Shown: positions 11,701-20,504 of the stretch, piece by piece | Layout: every line of letters begins with the position of its first letter | How positions within the stretch are numbered: the first letter of the stretch is position 1 | NCBI GenBank assembly: GCA_016934825.1 | Contig: JAFGSB010000049.1 | Span: 10,045 to 74,044 of the forward strand | Source: Candidatus Zhuqueibacterota bacterium | GTDB lineage: Bacteria; Zhuqueibacterota; Zhuqueibacteria; Residuimicrobiales; Krinioviventaceae | DNA: 64,000 bases | Direction of reading: 5' to 3' | Notes under the pieces: model-generated | What the model was told of the DNA's origin: nothing | The model's input: the letters and a program-made list of their open reading frames with translations, nothing else | The model's database searches: none | Position numbers and translations under genes: made by a program

Positions 11701-12984
11701 ATTATTATTGATTTAGGAGCACATCCGGTATTTTGCGAATCTAAAAAAATTACTCCCTACCCTGTTGGTACCGCAAATCATTATTTATCCCAGAAAACAT
11801 TACCGCGGCTGGCAACGGAATTTAATGAAAATTTCAAACAAATTGAACAGTTGGATAGTCTTGAAATCGGGCTGATATTAAATGTCGGTAAAATTATAAA
11901 AAAGGAAATAAATAACAATACAAATAAAAGCCGGACATTGATCAGGTTAATCGAACAATGCGGCATACGGGAATATATTGTCAGCCAAAAATCTGAAATT
12001 TCCGAAAAAGTAAATGTTGAAGTATTACAGCGTATTTTGGATGAACATAAAGGCAGTCAGGACAAAAAAGGAGACCCTGAATTAGAAGAAATCTTACAAA
12101 AATATATGCACGCTTATCGCAGTTCCGCCATCGAAAAACTGATCGATGAAATATATATTTACGGAACGATACGATTATCAAAAATCCTGAGAAAGAACAA
12201 TGACATTAATAATGATCATATCAATCAATTTCTCTACAAAGTTCTGTTACTGGAAAAAAAATCCGTATCCATTAATAATAAAAATAATGAGATAAATCCG
12301 GATTTCATTTATTCGAAAGAATTTGTAATTGAATTATTGAAATACAAGCCGAAAATTAAAGAAGCTGAAATTACGGACAACTATAAATTGATTTCCGGTA
12401 AATTAAATGCAATCCATGATGAATGTAAAAAATACGCGGAGATAATGGGTATTTATGTCGGAGATTTTATTACCCTGTTATACGATCAGTATAATATGGA
12501 TCAACTCATATTATCCGGCGGCGTTTTATCCGACAAAACACGTGAAATTATTCTGTCAAATGCTCAAAAAAGACTTTGCCAGTACGGCATGAACCTTTTA
12601 ATCAAAGACGGCAGTGTAAACGAACAACAGGGAGAAATGAAATATAAAATAGAATTAAAACATAACGACATCAATAACGGACGGGATTTCGGATGTTATG
12701 GTTCCGCCATTTATGCCGCAAATGAAAGTGTTTATCAGGCACAGAAAGACGGGTTATTAGCTTTAAAATACAATTTAATGAAACTGGAAGCAAATGCAAC
12801 TATTGAAATAACGGAAGATGAGTTGAGTTTTATTTCCGAAAAAACAATGAATAATATAGTATTCAATAATACATTGTTAAACAGAAAAAACACTACCGAT
12901 TTTATTAAAAACATCGGCACCGACTTTAATATCATTCTGACAAAATCAGATAACGACAAAGAAATATTTATAAAATTAAGCTGA
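8761..12984 (+). CDS. Giant 1407-aa protein: uncharacterised N-terminal ~700 aa fused to a ROK/BadF/N-acetylglucosamine-kinase-like ASKHA (actin-fold) ATPase domain carrying large insertions
   Basis: ASKHA motifs in order: phosphate-1 'IYIGIDIGGTFIKV', 'LVNDGDAEGMGAIAF', 'IVIKMGTGTAGAIFKN', adenosine/phosphate-2 'LILSGGVLSD', and the terminal 'FGCYGSAIYAANE'. The N-terminal half matches nothing I recognise. Strongly Asn/Lys/Ile-rich, with much lower GC than neighbouring genes. Confidence 0.7.
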   Translation: MQTETLKNEILTPMGLHDLAENDIDNLLSIIVKKTDNKETYFFKDLTFNEYSHCFDLNKKFIYEINKWINFIINHEKLNINEQYYTVVFEKYFKNKNYFPLSRTLRMLLFLESIFINNFNDPENATTIENLNKNFNINWNIILTEKSDLFVYGKEFLIDDINLIKQTTIPVNHNFHISLALLFIIAVFYSQTEAYRTVFWETYSAERGRTEIQKRFQFLDCFTIEGTDHTVLDFIIDLVTIIIRYQSDPGQLVRFFGDFKYYKKIAWLTKEKYNNAVINEKILHSIFNILAIIEEARNHQLPVMTDHTKNHIQTGIDLGEVLNKGVHEPLDLNQLKNMLINLSKNKKYLQNYEKIKKDYELQREGFTFRWSFARSIIRKLPVVEPDFYRFLKLTEEYVIQNIRENNPDNIDIKNLEKLIAQFSFGRDQSHNLKKLIFNNIKKIMSHIDETDSQHHFADEFEKAFYYHILTIPDPFEQNNKEYVIKIKLKDYIAAPHLIFDEETANSFNRQCDSDSCVPKVLEEQKDENIDVCELFRYLYVRTKEEFDLQAKRLSNNYWMYFPVPLFKRILEVIYRLQPNNCISIPIKIKKGEDNNNQFPKQTDDDKTKTFLITFPRGLQKDNETDIEIIKCLANYVWSNVQNKAMSEGFKSADIILEELDKLSDTKNTKQDKNSNCIDKEYLIREIEAANRYNSYHILTEKYLTDYNKERENIKTIFQPEIQSLRPLSVTNLKKLLIKQLNIYSGNKDSENKSLIYIGIDIGGTFIKVQFFEFIKNAKEYEFKEIGDKFRLLTKQKRNTRSELPDKEISSQDFVKNIIQRINLQIFSNDEIRKKLENNNIHSIGITWPGPVRDNKVSGTSGILQQFSPLTREIPKNQIEDIWKLNIVDTFKNEWKDNFCLNKEISQKDITVPFVALVNDGDAEGMGAIAFPIFADPNFDLDANPDHEKENTLIVIKMGTGTAGAIFKNESLVKNLNEWGKIIIDLGAHPVFCESKKITPYPVGTANHYLSQKTLPRLATEFNENFKQIEQLDSLEIGLILNVGKIIKKEINNNTNKSRTLIRLIEQCGIREYIVSQKSEISEKVNVEVLQRILDEHKGSQDKKGDPELEEILQKYMHAYRSSAIEKLIDEIYIYGTIRLSKILRKNNDINNDHINQFLYKVLLLEKKSVSINNKNNEINPDFIYSKEFVIELLKYKPKIKEAEITDNYKLISGKLNAIHDECKKYAEIMGIYVGDFITLLYDQYNMDQLILSGGVLSDKTREIILSNAQKRLCQYGMNLLIKDGSVNEQQGEMKYKIELKHNDINNGRDFGCYGSAIYAANESVYQAQKDGLLALKYNLMKLEANATIEITEDELSFISEKTMNNIVFNNTLLNRKNTTDFIKNIGTDFNIILTKSDNDKEIFIKLS

Positions 12985-12997
12985 ACAGGAACTATTC

Positions 12998-14080
12998 ATG
13001 GAAATACAGATAAGTATTGAAAAAGAGAAAATAAACAGAACCGCGAAATTATTTATTCCGCGATCTGAATTAAGCCGCGTTTATTTGCATATCGCCTCCG
13101 CGGAGATTCTGAACCGAAGTAATTTTTATTTACGCCGCCATCGATACAAGGACGAAGCGTCAGGTCCCGACCCCAATAAACCGTGCCGGCTGAAAAACGA
13201 CAGTCAAAAAATACCTATTGCGCGGCATATTGAAATCATGCAGCAGCAGAATCTAATCCCACAGATATCTCCCGATAATACTGAGAATGGTGAAAATTTC
13301 CATTCCCTGCCGACCATGCTGGCAGTGCCGATTAGCGATCTGGTCGCGAACCTGATTCGACCCTCCTTTCACAAAGACGGTCTTGGTAATTTTAGAACAT
13401 TCTTTTTTAAGGATGAACCTGTATCCCAAAGAAGTTACTGGTGTATCTGTTACTTGAACAATAAACATGATAATAGCAAAAAACTGGAAATCCGCAAGCT
13501 CAACTTTGATGGCAAAAATGATACGGTTTCGGATTGTAACAATAAAACCGATTTGATCGAATCGGGCTTGGAATGGGCCGCGGGAATTGTACCGCTTGTG
13601 ATCGACAATAAACCGTTAAACGCTCACGAAATCGCGGTTCATGATTATGACCTCAGGCAGATCTTGGGACGGGATTCCACAGGGGACATTCAATATATTT
13701 ATGAGGGCTGGTATAACGAGTGGGAATCACGCATTCAAAAGGTGATTGCGGATTTTACAAAACAAAATAAATCTTTTGAAAGTTTTTATCACAGCATTTT
13801 ATGTTTGGATTCTGATAAAAATGTTTATATTTACCAGTTGGAAGGCGCTTTACCCGAACTTGCCCAAAAACTGGTACAGGAGGGTATACAATATGCCGGA
13901 TTACTGGACTCCGGCGGAAGCTGCGCGATCTACGATGCCTGGCTAAAATGTTACCTGAATCATGGGTGGTATTACCGGGAGCCCCGCGGCAGTATACTTT
14001 TATTTGAGCTTGATAATTCGGAAAGAATTCCCCTGAGCGATTTTTACAGAAATTTTCAGAAACAGGAGACAAACAAATAA
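12998..14080 (+). CDS. Hypothetical 360-aa protein, possibly phosphodiester-glycosidase-like (DUF2233/NAGPA family); start 13 nt after the giant ORF's stop
   Basis: 'AGLLDSGGSCAIY' resembles the 'LDGGGS' motif of phosphodiester glycosidases; otherwise no recognisable domain. AGGAA ribosome-binding site upstream. Confidence 0.55.
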   Translation: MEIQISIEKEKINRTAKLFIPRSELSRVYLHIASAEILNRSNFYLRRHRYKDEASGPDPNKPCRLKNDSQKIPIARHIEIMQQQNLIPQISPDNTENGENFHSLPTMLAVPISDLVANLIRPSFHKDGLGNFRTFFFKDEPVSQRSYWCICYLNNKHDNSKKLEIRKLNFDGKNDTVSDCNNKTDLIESGLEWAAGIVPLVIDNKPLNAHEIAVHDYDLRQILGRDSTGDIQYIYEGWYNEWESRIQKVIADFTKQNKSFESFYHSILCLDSDKNVYIYQLEGALPELAQKLVQEGIQYAGLLDSGGSCAIYDAWLKCYLNHGWYYREPRGSILLFELDNSERIPLSDFYRNFQKQETNK

Positions 14081-15228
14081 TGGACGCTATAATATTAGCC
14101 GCAACTCATGAAAGAGGGAAAAACGCTAACGGCCGGGATGTACCAATCGTTCTTTTGGACCTGGGAGAAGATCCCCTGTTGACGTTGATGATAAAAAAGT
14201 TAATCAAAATAAAAGATTTACATAAAATATTTATTGTCACAAATGAAAAAATAAAACCGGAACTGGATACCTGGTTTGAACAGATCAGTCGATACTATCC
14301 CGACTATGCGAAAAAATTAAAGATTGTCAGCGACGGAACGCACACGCCGGAAGAAAAAAAAGGCGCGGTTGGTGATTTACTGTATGTTATTGAACAGGAG
14401 ATCATTAAAGACGATATAATCATAATCGGCGGCGATAACTGGTTTACATTTGATTTACAGGAATTTGTGAATAAATCAAAACAAAACTCGCCAGCAGTGC
14501 TTGTCACCTCATACAGGTCCCGTTTAAATCCCTCCCGTTTTGGGCTGGTGGAACTCGACCGGAACCATAAAATACTCAAATACCAGGAAAAACCGGAACA
14601 AACTGACCTGTTGTTAAAAGCGTCCTGTGTTTACTATATCAACTCCGGCGACCTGTACTGGCTAAAAGAATTTTCAAAGAGGTATGATATTAAATGTAGT
14701 CCGGGCACATTTTTTTCCTGGTTGACGGAACAGACCGATACGTTCGGCGTTCAAATGGACTCAAAGTGGTACGACGTCGGCGACTCAACGGAGGCCCATT
14801 TACACGGTCCGGATTTTATAAAAATAAGGGAACTGGTCAGGAAAAAATTCGGATCGTATTCGACATGGGAAAACGAGGCCGCGCGGAGGCTGCAATGGAT
14901 CAGTTCCTATGAAGATGTGATCGACGCTTTGAGGGACGACGATATCAATCTCAGGATCGTGGCCGCCAATATACTGGGCGATATGAAAAAACTGCTCGAC
15001 AAACAGGAAAAAAGTTATATTATCAATAAACTCAAAGAACTGCTCGCGGACGGCAGTCAGAATCAAATCGATTATGGCGGATTTCAAAGCGACGAAGATG
15101 AGGTATATTATGTTTCCGCCACCGCGGCCGGGTCCATGGCTAAACTGGGTTACGCGGACAATATCGATACGGTCTTTGCCAAAGCCAAAAAAGAGGGGCT
15201 CAGGGTGAGTGAAATGCGAAACGTATGA
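14080..15228 (+). CDS. Sugar-1-phosphate nucleotidyltransferase-like domain (degenerate N-terminal G-loop) fused to C-terminal HEAT/PBS-lyase-like repeats; start overlaps the upstream stop (TAATG)
   Basis: Nucleotidyltransferase blocks 'IIIIGGDNWFTFDLQEF', 'KILKYQEKPEQ' (EKP motif) and 'VYYINSGDLYW'. The N-terminal loop reads 'ILAATHERGKNANGRD' instead of the canonical GGxGTRL. The C-terminus 'LRDDDINLRIVAANILGDMK…' is HEAT-like. Confidence 0.65.
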   Translation: MDAIILAATHERGKNANGRDVPIVLLDLGEDPLLTLMIKKLIKIKDLHKIFIVTNEKIKPELDTWFEQISRYYPDYAKKLKIVSDGTHTPEEKKGAVGDLLYVIEQEIIKDDIIIIGGDNWFTFDLQEFVNKSKQNSPAVLVTSYRSRLNPSRFGLVELDRNHKILKYQEKPEQTDLLLKASCVYYINSGDLYWLKEFSKRYDIKCSPGTFFSWLTEQTDTFGVQMDSKWYDVGDSTEAHLHGPDFIKIRELVRKKFGSYSTWENEAARRLQWISSYEDVIDALRDDDINLRIVAANILGDMKKLLDKQEKSYIINKLKELLADGSQNQIDYGGFQSDEDEVYYVSATAAGSMAKLGYADNIDTVFAKAKKEGLRVSEMRNV

Positions 15229-15451
15229 CGCCTGAAACGGCGGCTGTGTTATATTGATTAATGTAAAATATAAAACCGGATTATTTTTGTCCCCCTCCTG
15301 TTGAAAAATAATTCGGTTTTTATTTAATAAAAATTTTATTTCAAAACCCGGGTAATGAAAAATTCACCACTCTTATTCACTCCGTGCAGGCAAAGTTTTC
15401 AAATTCTTCATCCGGTGAAGTTTAGAATCGAATTTACCGGTATATCAGATT

Positions 15452-15910
15452 TTATTCACTTTCGCACTCTAACAAAAACATTTTCTCCAGCGCGGATGAA
15501 CCATAGTCCGAATTCATGTCATCCTGAGGCGGCGCAAATTCGAGTCCCGTCATTTTTTCAAGTGCGGTACCGGCCATAAAATTCTCGCCGCTTCCGCCGG
15601 TGATCGCGCTGTAACCCATTGGCAGCAATACATCGCCGGGCAAAACCGCATCGCCAGGAGTGGTATTGATTACTTTGGCCGCAACGCCGTTGCTGAGCGT
15701 CTTGATCAGTTCAATTCTGCCGATTCTCCGATAATCAAATCCCTCAAGTCGGTACACATTCAATTTATCGCCCTTGTCGCCAAGATTATTGACGGTATTG
15801 ATGAGTAAATACTGTTCTTTGACCTTCTCAACCGTGCCGATTTCCGGACTCGCCTGAATGATATTGGCCAGAAACATTATAGCCGAAAAAAGATAAACAA
15901 AAAACTTCAT
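15452..15910 (-). CDS. Small secreted hypothetical protein (start chosen at MKFFVYLFSAIMF with GAGGG ribosome-binding site; track ORF extends to 15949)
   Basis: Signal peptide and Gly-rich C-terminal half; lies immediately downstream of the beta-barrel protein gene on the same strand. Confidence 0.5.
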   Translation of the reverse strand: MKFFVYLFSAIMFLANIIQASPEIGTVEKVKEQYLLINTVNNLGDKGDKLNVYRLEGFDYRRIGRIELIKTLSNGVAAKVINTTPGDAVLPGDVLLPMGYSAITGGSGENFMAGTALEKMTGLEFAPPQDDMNSDYGSSALEKMFLLECESE

Positions 15911-15953
15911 TTTTCCCTCTGTAATTAAAAATTCCCATATACAATACAAAAAA

Positions 15954-17177
15954 TTAAAACCCGTAAATTAACGACACCTGTGTAAACAGGTTCGTTCCCG
16001 AATAATCCTTGCCGCTTAATATAAAAGGCCCGTTATGCAGAAAATTGGCGGCATTGTTGGTATCCAGCAAAGCGTCGATCTTTAAGCGGCCTAAACGAAA
16101 ATAAATACCCAGGTTGGCGCTGTACTGGTTGAAATATTCATCGTATTGATCGAGTGTTGTGTTATCAACTGGTGAATTTTGTGTCATCTTTTGTATGAGT
16201 TTGTACATCGACAGACGGAATCCCAGCCATTTTAGCAGATCCGCTTCCACGCCGATATTTACAAACGGCAGCGCGGAATAAGAATTTTCGGCCGCGACGG
16301 GCGCGGTTCCGGTTATCAGGCTTGTTTCGGTGGTGGATGATTGGCGCACCATTCCGGCGGCGCATGTTACCAGTACAAATTCACGCGGTATGATATTAAA
16401 TGCAACTCCGAGGTTCAGAATATTCTGTTTTTCCAGAAATGTGTGGATATTCTGTGTGATGAGTACCTGTTCCACTAAAAACTCGTATCCCGCCCCGTTA
16501 TAAGTATAATTAAAGAAAGGAACAAGAACAACCTTCTCGGACAGGGAACGCATATAACGCGCGGAAAAACTAATGGAGTGGTGACCATAAGGCTCACGCA
16601 CCTTGACCGTATCCCTGCTTCCAAGTTCATAACTGAATGAACGATTTGTATAAGAAATGGCTGCGTCGACCCGGCTGCTTTCATCGGGTTTGAAACTCGC
16701 TCCGCCTTCAATGGTTAGACTGCCGAGGCTTCCGCCCTGATCCTGTTTCGCGTCTTTGGGATTCGAATATTCCATCTTGTTATTATACCTGGCTAAATGC
16801 AGACCGACATCGAATTGTTGGGCGCGATAGCCGGCAAACAGATCAATCTGCTGATTAGCCATATTCATACCGGGTTCGGGATCAACATACTTTATGACGC
16901 GGTTCTGGTCGGAAAGATAAACACCGATGGTCGTATTCGGATTGATCGGTAAATTTATACCGCCCTCCGCAAGCGGATTACCGGTATATGATTCCAGAAA
17001 AATTTTATTATTATAATCAACAATCGTAGACGGATAGAGCCAGATATTATAACTGTCGATTAAATAAAAATTTGTTAGATAACCGAGGGATTGCAATCGT
17101 GTCCCACTCGCCCATGCGGGTGATATACTTGATAATAGTATAATCATAAACACGATTATTTTACTTAATTTTTTCAT
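15954..17177 (-). CDS. Outer-membrane beta-barrel protein (porin-like)
   Basis: Signal peptide MKKLSKIIVFMIILLSSISPAWA, alternating amphipathic beta-strand pattern, and a C-terminal '…LIYGF' with terminal Phe typical of outer-membrane proteins. Confidence 0.6.
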   Translation of the reverse strand: MKKLSKIIVFMIILLSSISPAWASGTRLQSLGYLTNFYLIDSYNIWLYPSTIVDYNNKIFLESYTGNPLAEGGINLPINPNTTIGVYLSDQNRVIKYVDPEPGMNMANQQIDLFAGYRAQQFDVGLHLARYNNKMEYSNPKDAKQDQGGSLGSLTIEGGASFKPDESSRVDAAISYTNRSFSYELGSRDTVKVREPYGHHSISFSARYMRSLSEKVVLVPFFNYTYNGAGYEFLVEQVLITQNIHTFLEKQNILNLGVAFNIIPREFVLVTCAAGMVRQSSTTETSLITGTAPVAAENSYSALPFVNIGVEADLLKWLGFRLSMYKLIQKMTQNSPVDNTTLDQYDEYFNQYSANLGIYFRLGRLKIDALLDTNNAANFLHNGPFILSGKDYSGTNLFTQVSLIYGF

Positions 17178-17658
17178 GACACTATTCTCCTTTATTAATT
17201 TTGATTTAACAGGTTATCTGATTTTCCAGGAAACAATAACGTCATCTTGAACCCCTGGTTGATTCGACCCATTTGTCTGTTTATTAAAATCTATAATAAA
17301 AAAAGATATATTGCAAGGAAATTTCAATTAAATTTTTAATATTTTTCGAGTGAATAATGAAAAAAACTTGTTTCCGCACTCTATCAACGATAATGAAGGA
17401 GCTGAATTCAATTTTCTCAAACTTGGAAAATTTATAATAAAATAACATCAAGTATGAAAAAATTTCAATTTCAGGAATTGCAAAGTTGAAATAATTTCAC
17501 TTACCGGAATTGTTATATAAAATAATAAATATTTAGTTTTTATAATTTAATCTTTCCGAATGGGCGGATACAATTCTAACAGAAGTCGAATAATATATTC
17601 TATTTATTGTTTCTTAAAATAATCAACTCTATTTAACTTGTAAATAAAAGAGTTTAAT

Positions 17659-19182
17659 ATGGTATTTTCAATCCCCTTTTATATGCATGAGGTCATTGAT
17701 AGAGCCGCAGAGGTTTATCCACGTAAGATATTTATTGAAGATGAAACGGATTCGCTGTCCTATGAAAATTTTATTCGTTGCGGAACACAACTGGCAGACG
17801 AACTGAAAACAAAATATGACCTGAAAATGGGTGACAGACTTCTCACCGCATGTGAAAACACATTGCTGGTCCCTCTTTATCTGTATGCCACATCCCGTTT
17901 AGGGGGTATATTTGTTCCTCTTGCCCAAAATTTCCAGGGACAAAGACTGGCACATATTTTAAAGGATTGTTCACCCAAATTAATAATCACAGATAAGAAA
18001 AATTTTGCCTCGCGCTGTAAAGGCTATCGGGTTGTCCTGCAAAAGGGCTTTAAAGACCTGTACAAAATCATTAAAACCCTCAAACCTGACACAAGCGTTC
18101 CCGAAACATTAATTGATCTGGACACATTCCTGCTGATTTATACCTCCGGAAGCACCGGTATGCCAAAGGGTGTTGAACTCAGCCATTCTTCAGTCATTTC
18201 GGCGACAGAGTCCATCGCACGATACCTGGAAGTGAAAGAAAATGAAAAAATTATAAATTTCAATCCCTTCAGTTTTGATTATGGTTTGTACCAGATTTTT
18301 ATAACCGCAATACGTGGTGCGACGCTTTACATAAATAAGAATTTTATTTATAAGGAAAAAATCTTTTCATTCATAAAAGAAAAAAAAATTACCGGCATAC
18401 CATTTGTCCCGTCCCAGATAGTGGCCATGTACGACAGGTCAGAATTAAAAGAAAAAATATTCGACCGGGTCAACTTTATATCCACAACAGGGGCCCCATT
18501 TCCGTACAGACATGTATCGAAATTGCGCTATAATTTCCCCAATGCCCGGCTCTATCCGATGTACGGGTTAACGGAGTGCAAGCGGGTATCTTATTTACAC
18601 CCGTCAAAAGTCGACCGAAAACCAACATCGGTTGGCAGGGCAATGCCGAACTCACGGATCCGAATTATAAATGAAAAAAAGCAGGTTGTCGCGGCGGGTG
18701 AAACAGGTATGCTGGTCATCGAGGGTCGTAATGTCATGCAGGGGTATTGGAACATCCCGGAAGGTAATAACAATGTTCTGGGTTCTATCCCGGATTCACG
18801 GAACAAAATACTGTTCAGCGGCGACTATTTTTATTTGGATGACGAGAACGATCTGTTCTTTGTCGGCAGACGGGACGATATAGTTAAATCAAATGGTATA
18901 CGAATCAGTTTAAAGGACATTGAAAAAATACTTGAAAGGATACCGGAGGTTTCCGAGGCGGCCGTTGTGGCCGTTCCGGATGAAAAAATTGAAAATACAT
19001 TTCATGCGTTTGTCGTTAAAAAACAGGGGACGGAAATCGATTCCGATGGTATTATACAAAATATGTTAAAAGAAGTAGAAACCCGGTTCATGCTGCCGAA
19101 ACAAATCACGCTTACAGATTCCATACCAAAAAAAACCAATGGAAAAATTGATTATCCGCTGTTAAAAACCATGACCGGATAA
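17659..19182 (+). CDS. AMP-dependent synthetase/ligase (class I adenylate-forming enzyme, acyl-CoA ligase-like)
   Basis: AMP-binding signature 'IYTSGSTGMPKGVELSH'. 'YGLTE' and 'GDYFYLDDENDLFFVGRRDDIVK' are adenylation-domain blocks. Confidence 0.8.
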   Translation: MVFSIPFYMHEVIDRAAEVYPRKIFIEDETDSLSYENFIRCGTQLADELKTKYDLKMGDRLLTACENTLLVPLYLYATSRLGGIFVPLAQNFQGQRLAHILKDCSPKLIITDKKNFASRCKGYRVVLQKGFKDLYKIIKTLKPDTSVPETLIDLDTFLLIYTSGSTGMPKGVELSHSSVISATESIARYLEVKENEKIINFNPFSFDYGLYQIFITAIRGATLYINKNFIYKEKIFSFIKEKKITGIPFVPSQIVAMYDRSELKEKIFDRVNFISTTGAPFPYRHVSKLRYNFPNARLYPMYGLTECKRVSYLHPSKVDRKPTSVGRAMPNSRIRIINEKKQVVAAGETGMLVIEGRNVMQGYWNIPEGNNNVLGSIPDSRNKILFSGDYFYLDDENDLFFVGRRDDIVKSNGIRISLKDIEKILERIPEVSEAAVVAVPDEKIENTFHAFVVKKQGTEIDSDGIIQNMLKEVETRFMLPKQITLTDSIPKKTNGKIDYPLLKTMTG

Positions 19183-19295
19183 TACTATTTCTTTTATTCA
19201 AAATTCATTAAAAATTATTTGAAATATTACTTGACATTATCAAAAACAATAATATATTATAAACAAATGTGAATATAATATTTGGGGTGTGAAAA

Positions 19296-19350
19296 AAATA
19301 AAAAGGTATACAAGCAATCAACTTTTTGATTAATTGCATACCTTTTTTAT
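19296..19350 (+). terminator. Imperfect hairpin (AGGTATAC…GCATACCT) followed by TTTTTTAT, downstream of the ligase gene and upstream of the first REC-cNMP gene
   Basis: aaaaggtatacaagcaatcaactttttgattaattgcataccttttttat; a possible intrinsic terminator or leader/attenuator structure. Confidence 0.4.
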
Positions 19351-19454
19351 TAGATCACGAGTGTCATGGAAACAGGATCAATAATTAAATATTTGAGTAA
19401 TAAGTATAAATTTATTTAAAATAAATTTGATTTTTGTTAAAAGGGGATTTATAA

Positions 19455-20360
19455 ATGATTCTTGTTGTCGATGATGAACCGATTTACCAGAAACTGATTA
19501 AAAATTCGCTCAAGGGGACCGGTTGTGAGATTGACATTGCCGGTGACGGTTATATGGCTATGGAAAAAATTAAACAGAATAGATACCTGCTGGCGATTAT
19601 TGATCTTGTGCTGCCCGGTGCGATTAACGGAATGGATGTTATCAGAAAACTCAAAAAACAAAATCCGGAAACGCCAATTATCGTATGTTCAGGCTATGGG
19701 GGTAGTTCAATACAAACACGAATAGAAAAAGCCGGAGCCAATGCTTTTATTTTTAAACCATTCACTCCCGAACAGATGTTTGCCAAAGTTCATTCATTAT
19801 TAAGCGATACTATCGATTTTGAAAAACTCAAACAAGCGGTCGAAGAATCCCAAATTAATCCTGAAACGATTCCGGACATATTAGAAAATTTCCCGGATAA
19901 TAAAATAAATGAAATTTTAAATTTAGGTACAAGTTTTGAGCTGATTGCGCCGGACAAGCTGAGTGTAAATTTTACCGATTCGATAACAATTATCATGTCC
20001 GGTACGGTTGAGTGTCTTTATCAGGATAAGCCTATAGGAGAGTTACATGTACGAGAATCTATCGGTCATGAATCACTAATGAAAAATATTGAAAAAGATA
20101 AACAGATCGAATTGATAGCAAAATCTGACGTAAAATTACTTGTCATTCTCAAAGTGGAGTTCTTGAAATATTTTTGCACACAGACGAATGAATTATTATC
20201 CATTCTTGAAAAAAATATAAAAAAAACGCTGTCTAAAAATATTATCCTCATTTCCAAGATTCAAAGTCCTCCCCAAAAAATCAAACCGTCGGATTCAAGT
20301 AATATAAAAGACGATGATATTCAAGATAAGAATAAGAAAATAGATCTATTAAACATTTAA
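19455..20360 (+). CDS. Response-regulator receiver domain fused to a cyclic-nucleotide-binding-like (CAP effector) domain; no DNA-binding domain
   Basis: REC: 'VVDDEP', phospho-acceptor context 'LAIIDLVLPG', 'CSGYG', 'FIFKPF'. C-terminal '…TIIMSGTVECLYQDKPIGELHVRESIGHESLM…LLVILKVEFLKYF' follows the cNMP-binding beta-roll pattern. Confidence 0.75.
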   Translation: MILVVDDEPIYQKLIKNSLKGTGCEIDIAGDGYMAMEKIKQNRYLLAIIDLVLPGAINGMDVIRKLKKQNPETPIIVCSGYGGSSIQTRIEKAGANAFIFKPFTPEQMFAKVHSLLSDTIDFEKLKQAVEESQINPETIPDILENFPDNKINEILNLGTSFELIAPDKLSVNFTDSITIIMSGTVECLYQDKPIGELHVRESIGHESLMKNIEKDKQIELIAKSDVKLLVILKVEFLKYFCTQTNELLSILEKNIKKTLSKNIILISKIQSPPQKIKPSDSSNIKDDDIQDKNKKIDLLNI

Positions 20361-20504
20361 GAAATTATAGTTCTTGCTTTACAAATCAAAATTATTAAAT
20401 TTAACTTTTAAGAAAATGATCCGATAAAAATTAAAGGAGAATAATATCTCTCATAAATTATTATGTCTTTACGAATTATATTTTGAAGTTTATAGGTTAA
20501 TATA

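Noticed and set aside
19231-19260. TTGACA-N18-TATTAT promoter-like match between the ligase gene and the first REC-cNMP gene
   Set aside because: It lies upstream of the hairpin/T-run at 19296-19350, making its role ambiguous. In 30% GC DNA such matches arise by chance. Kept only as a remark.
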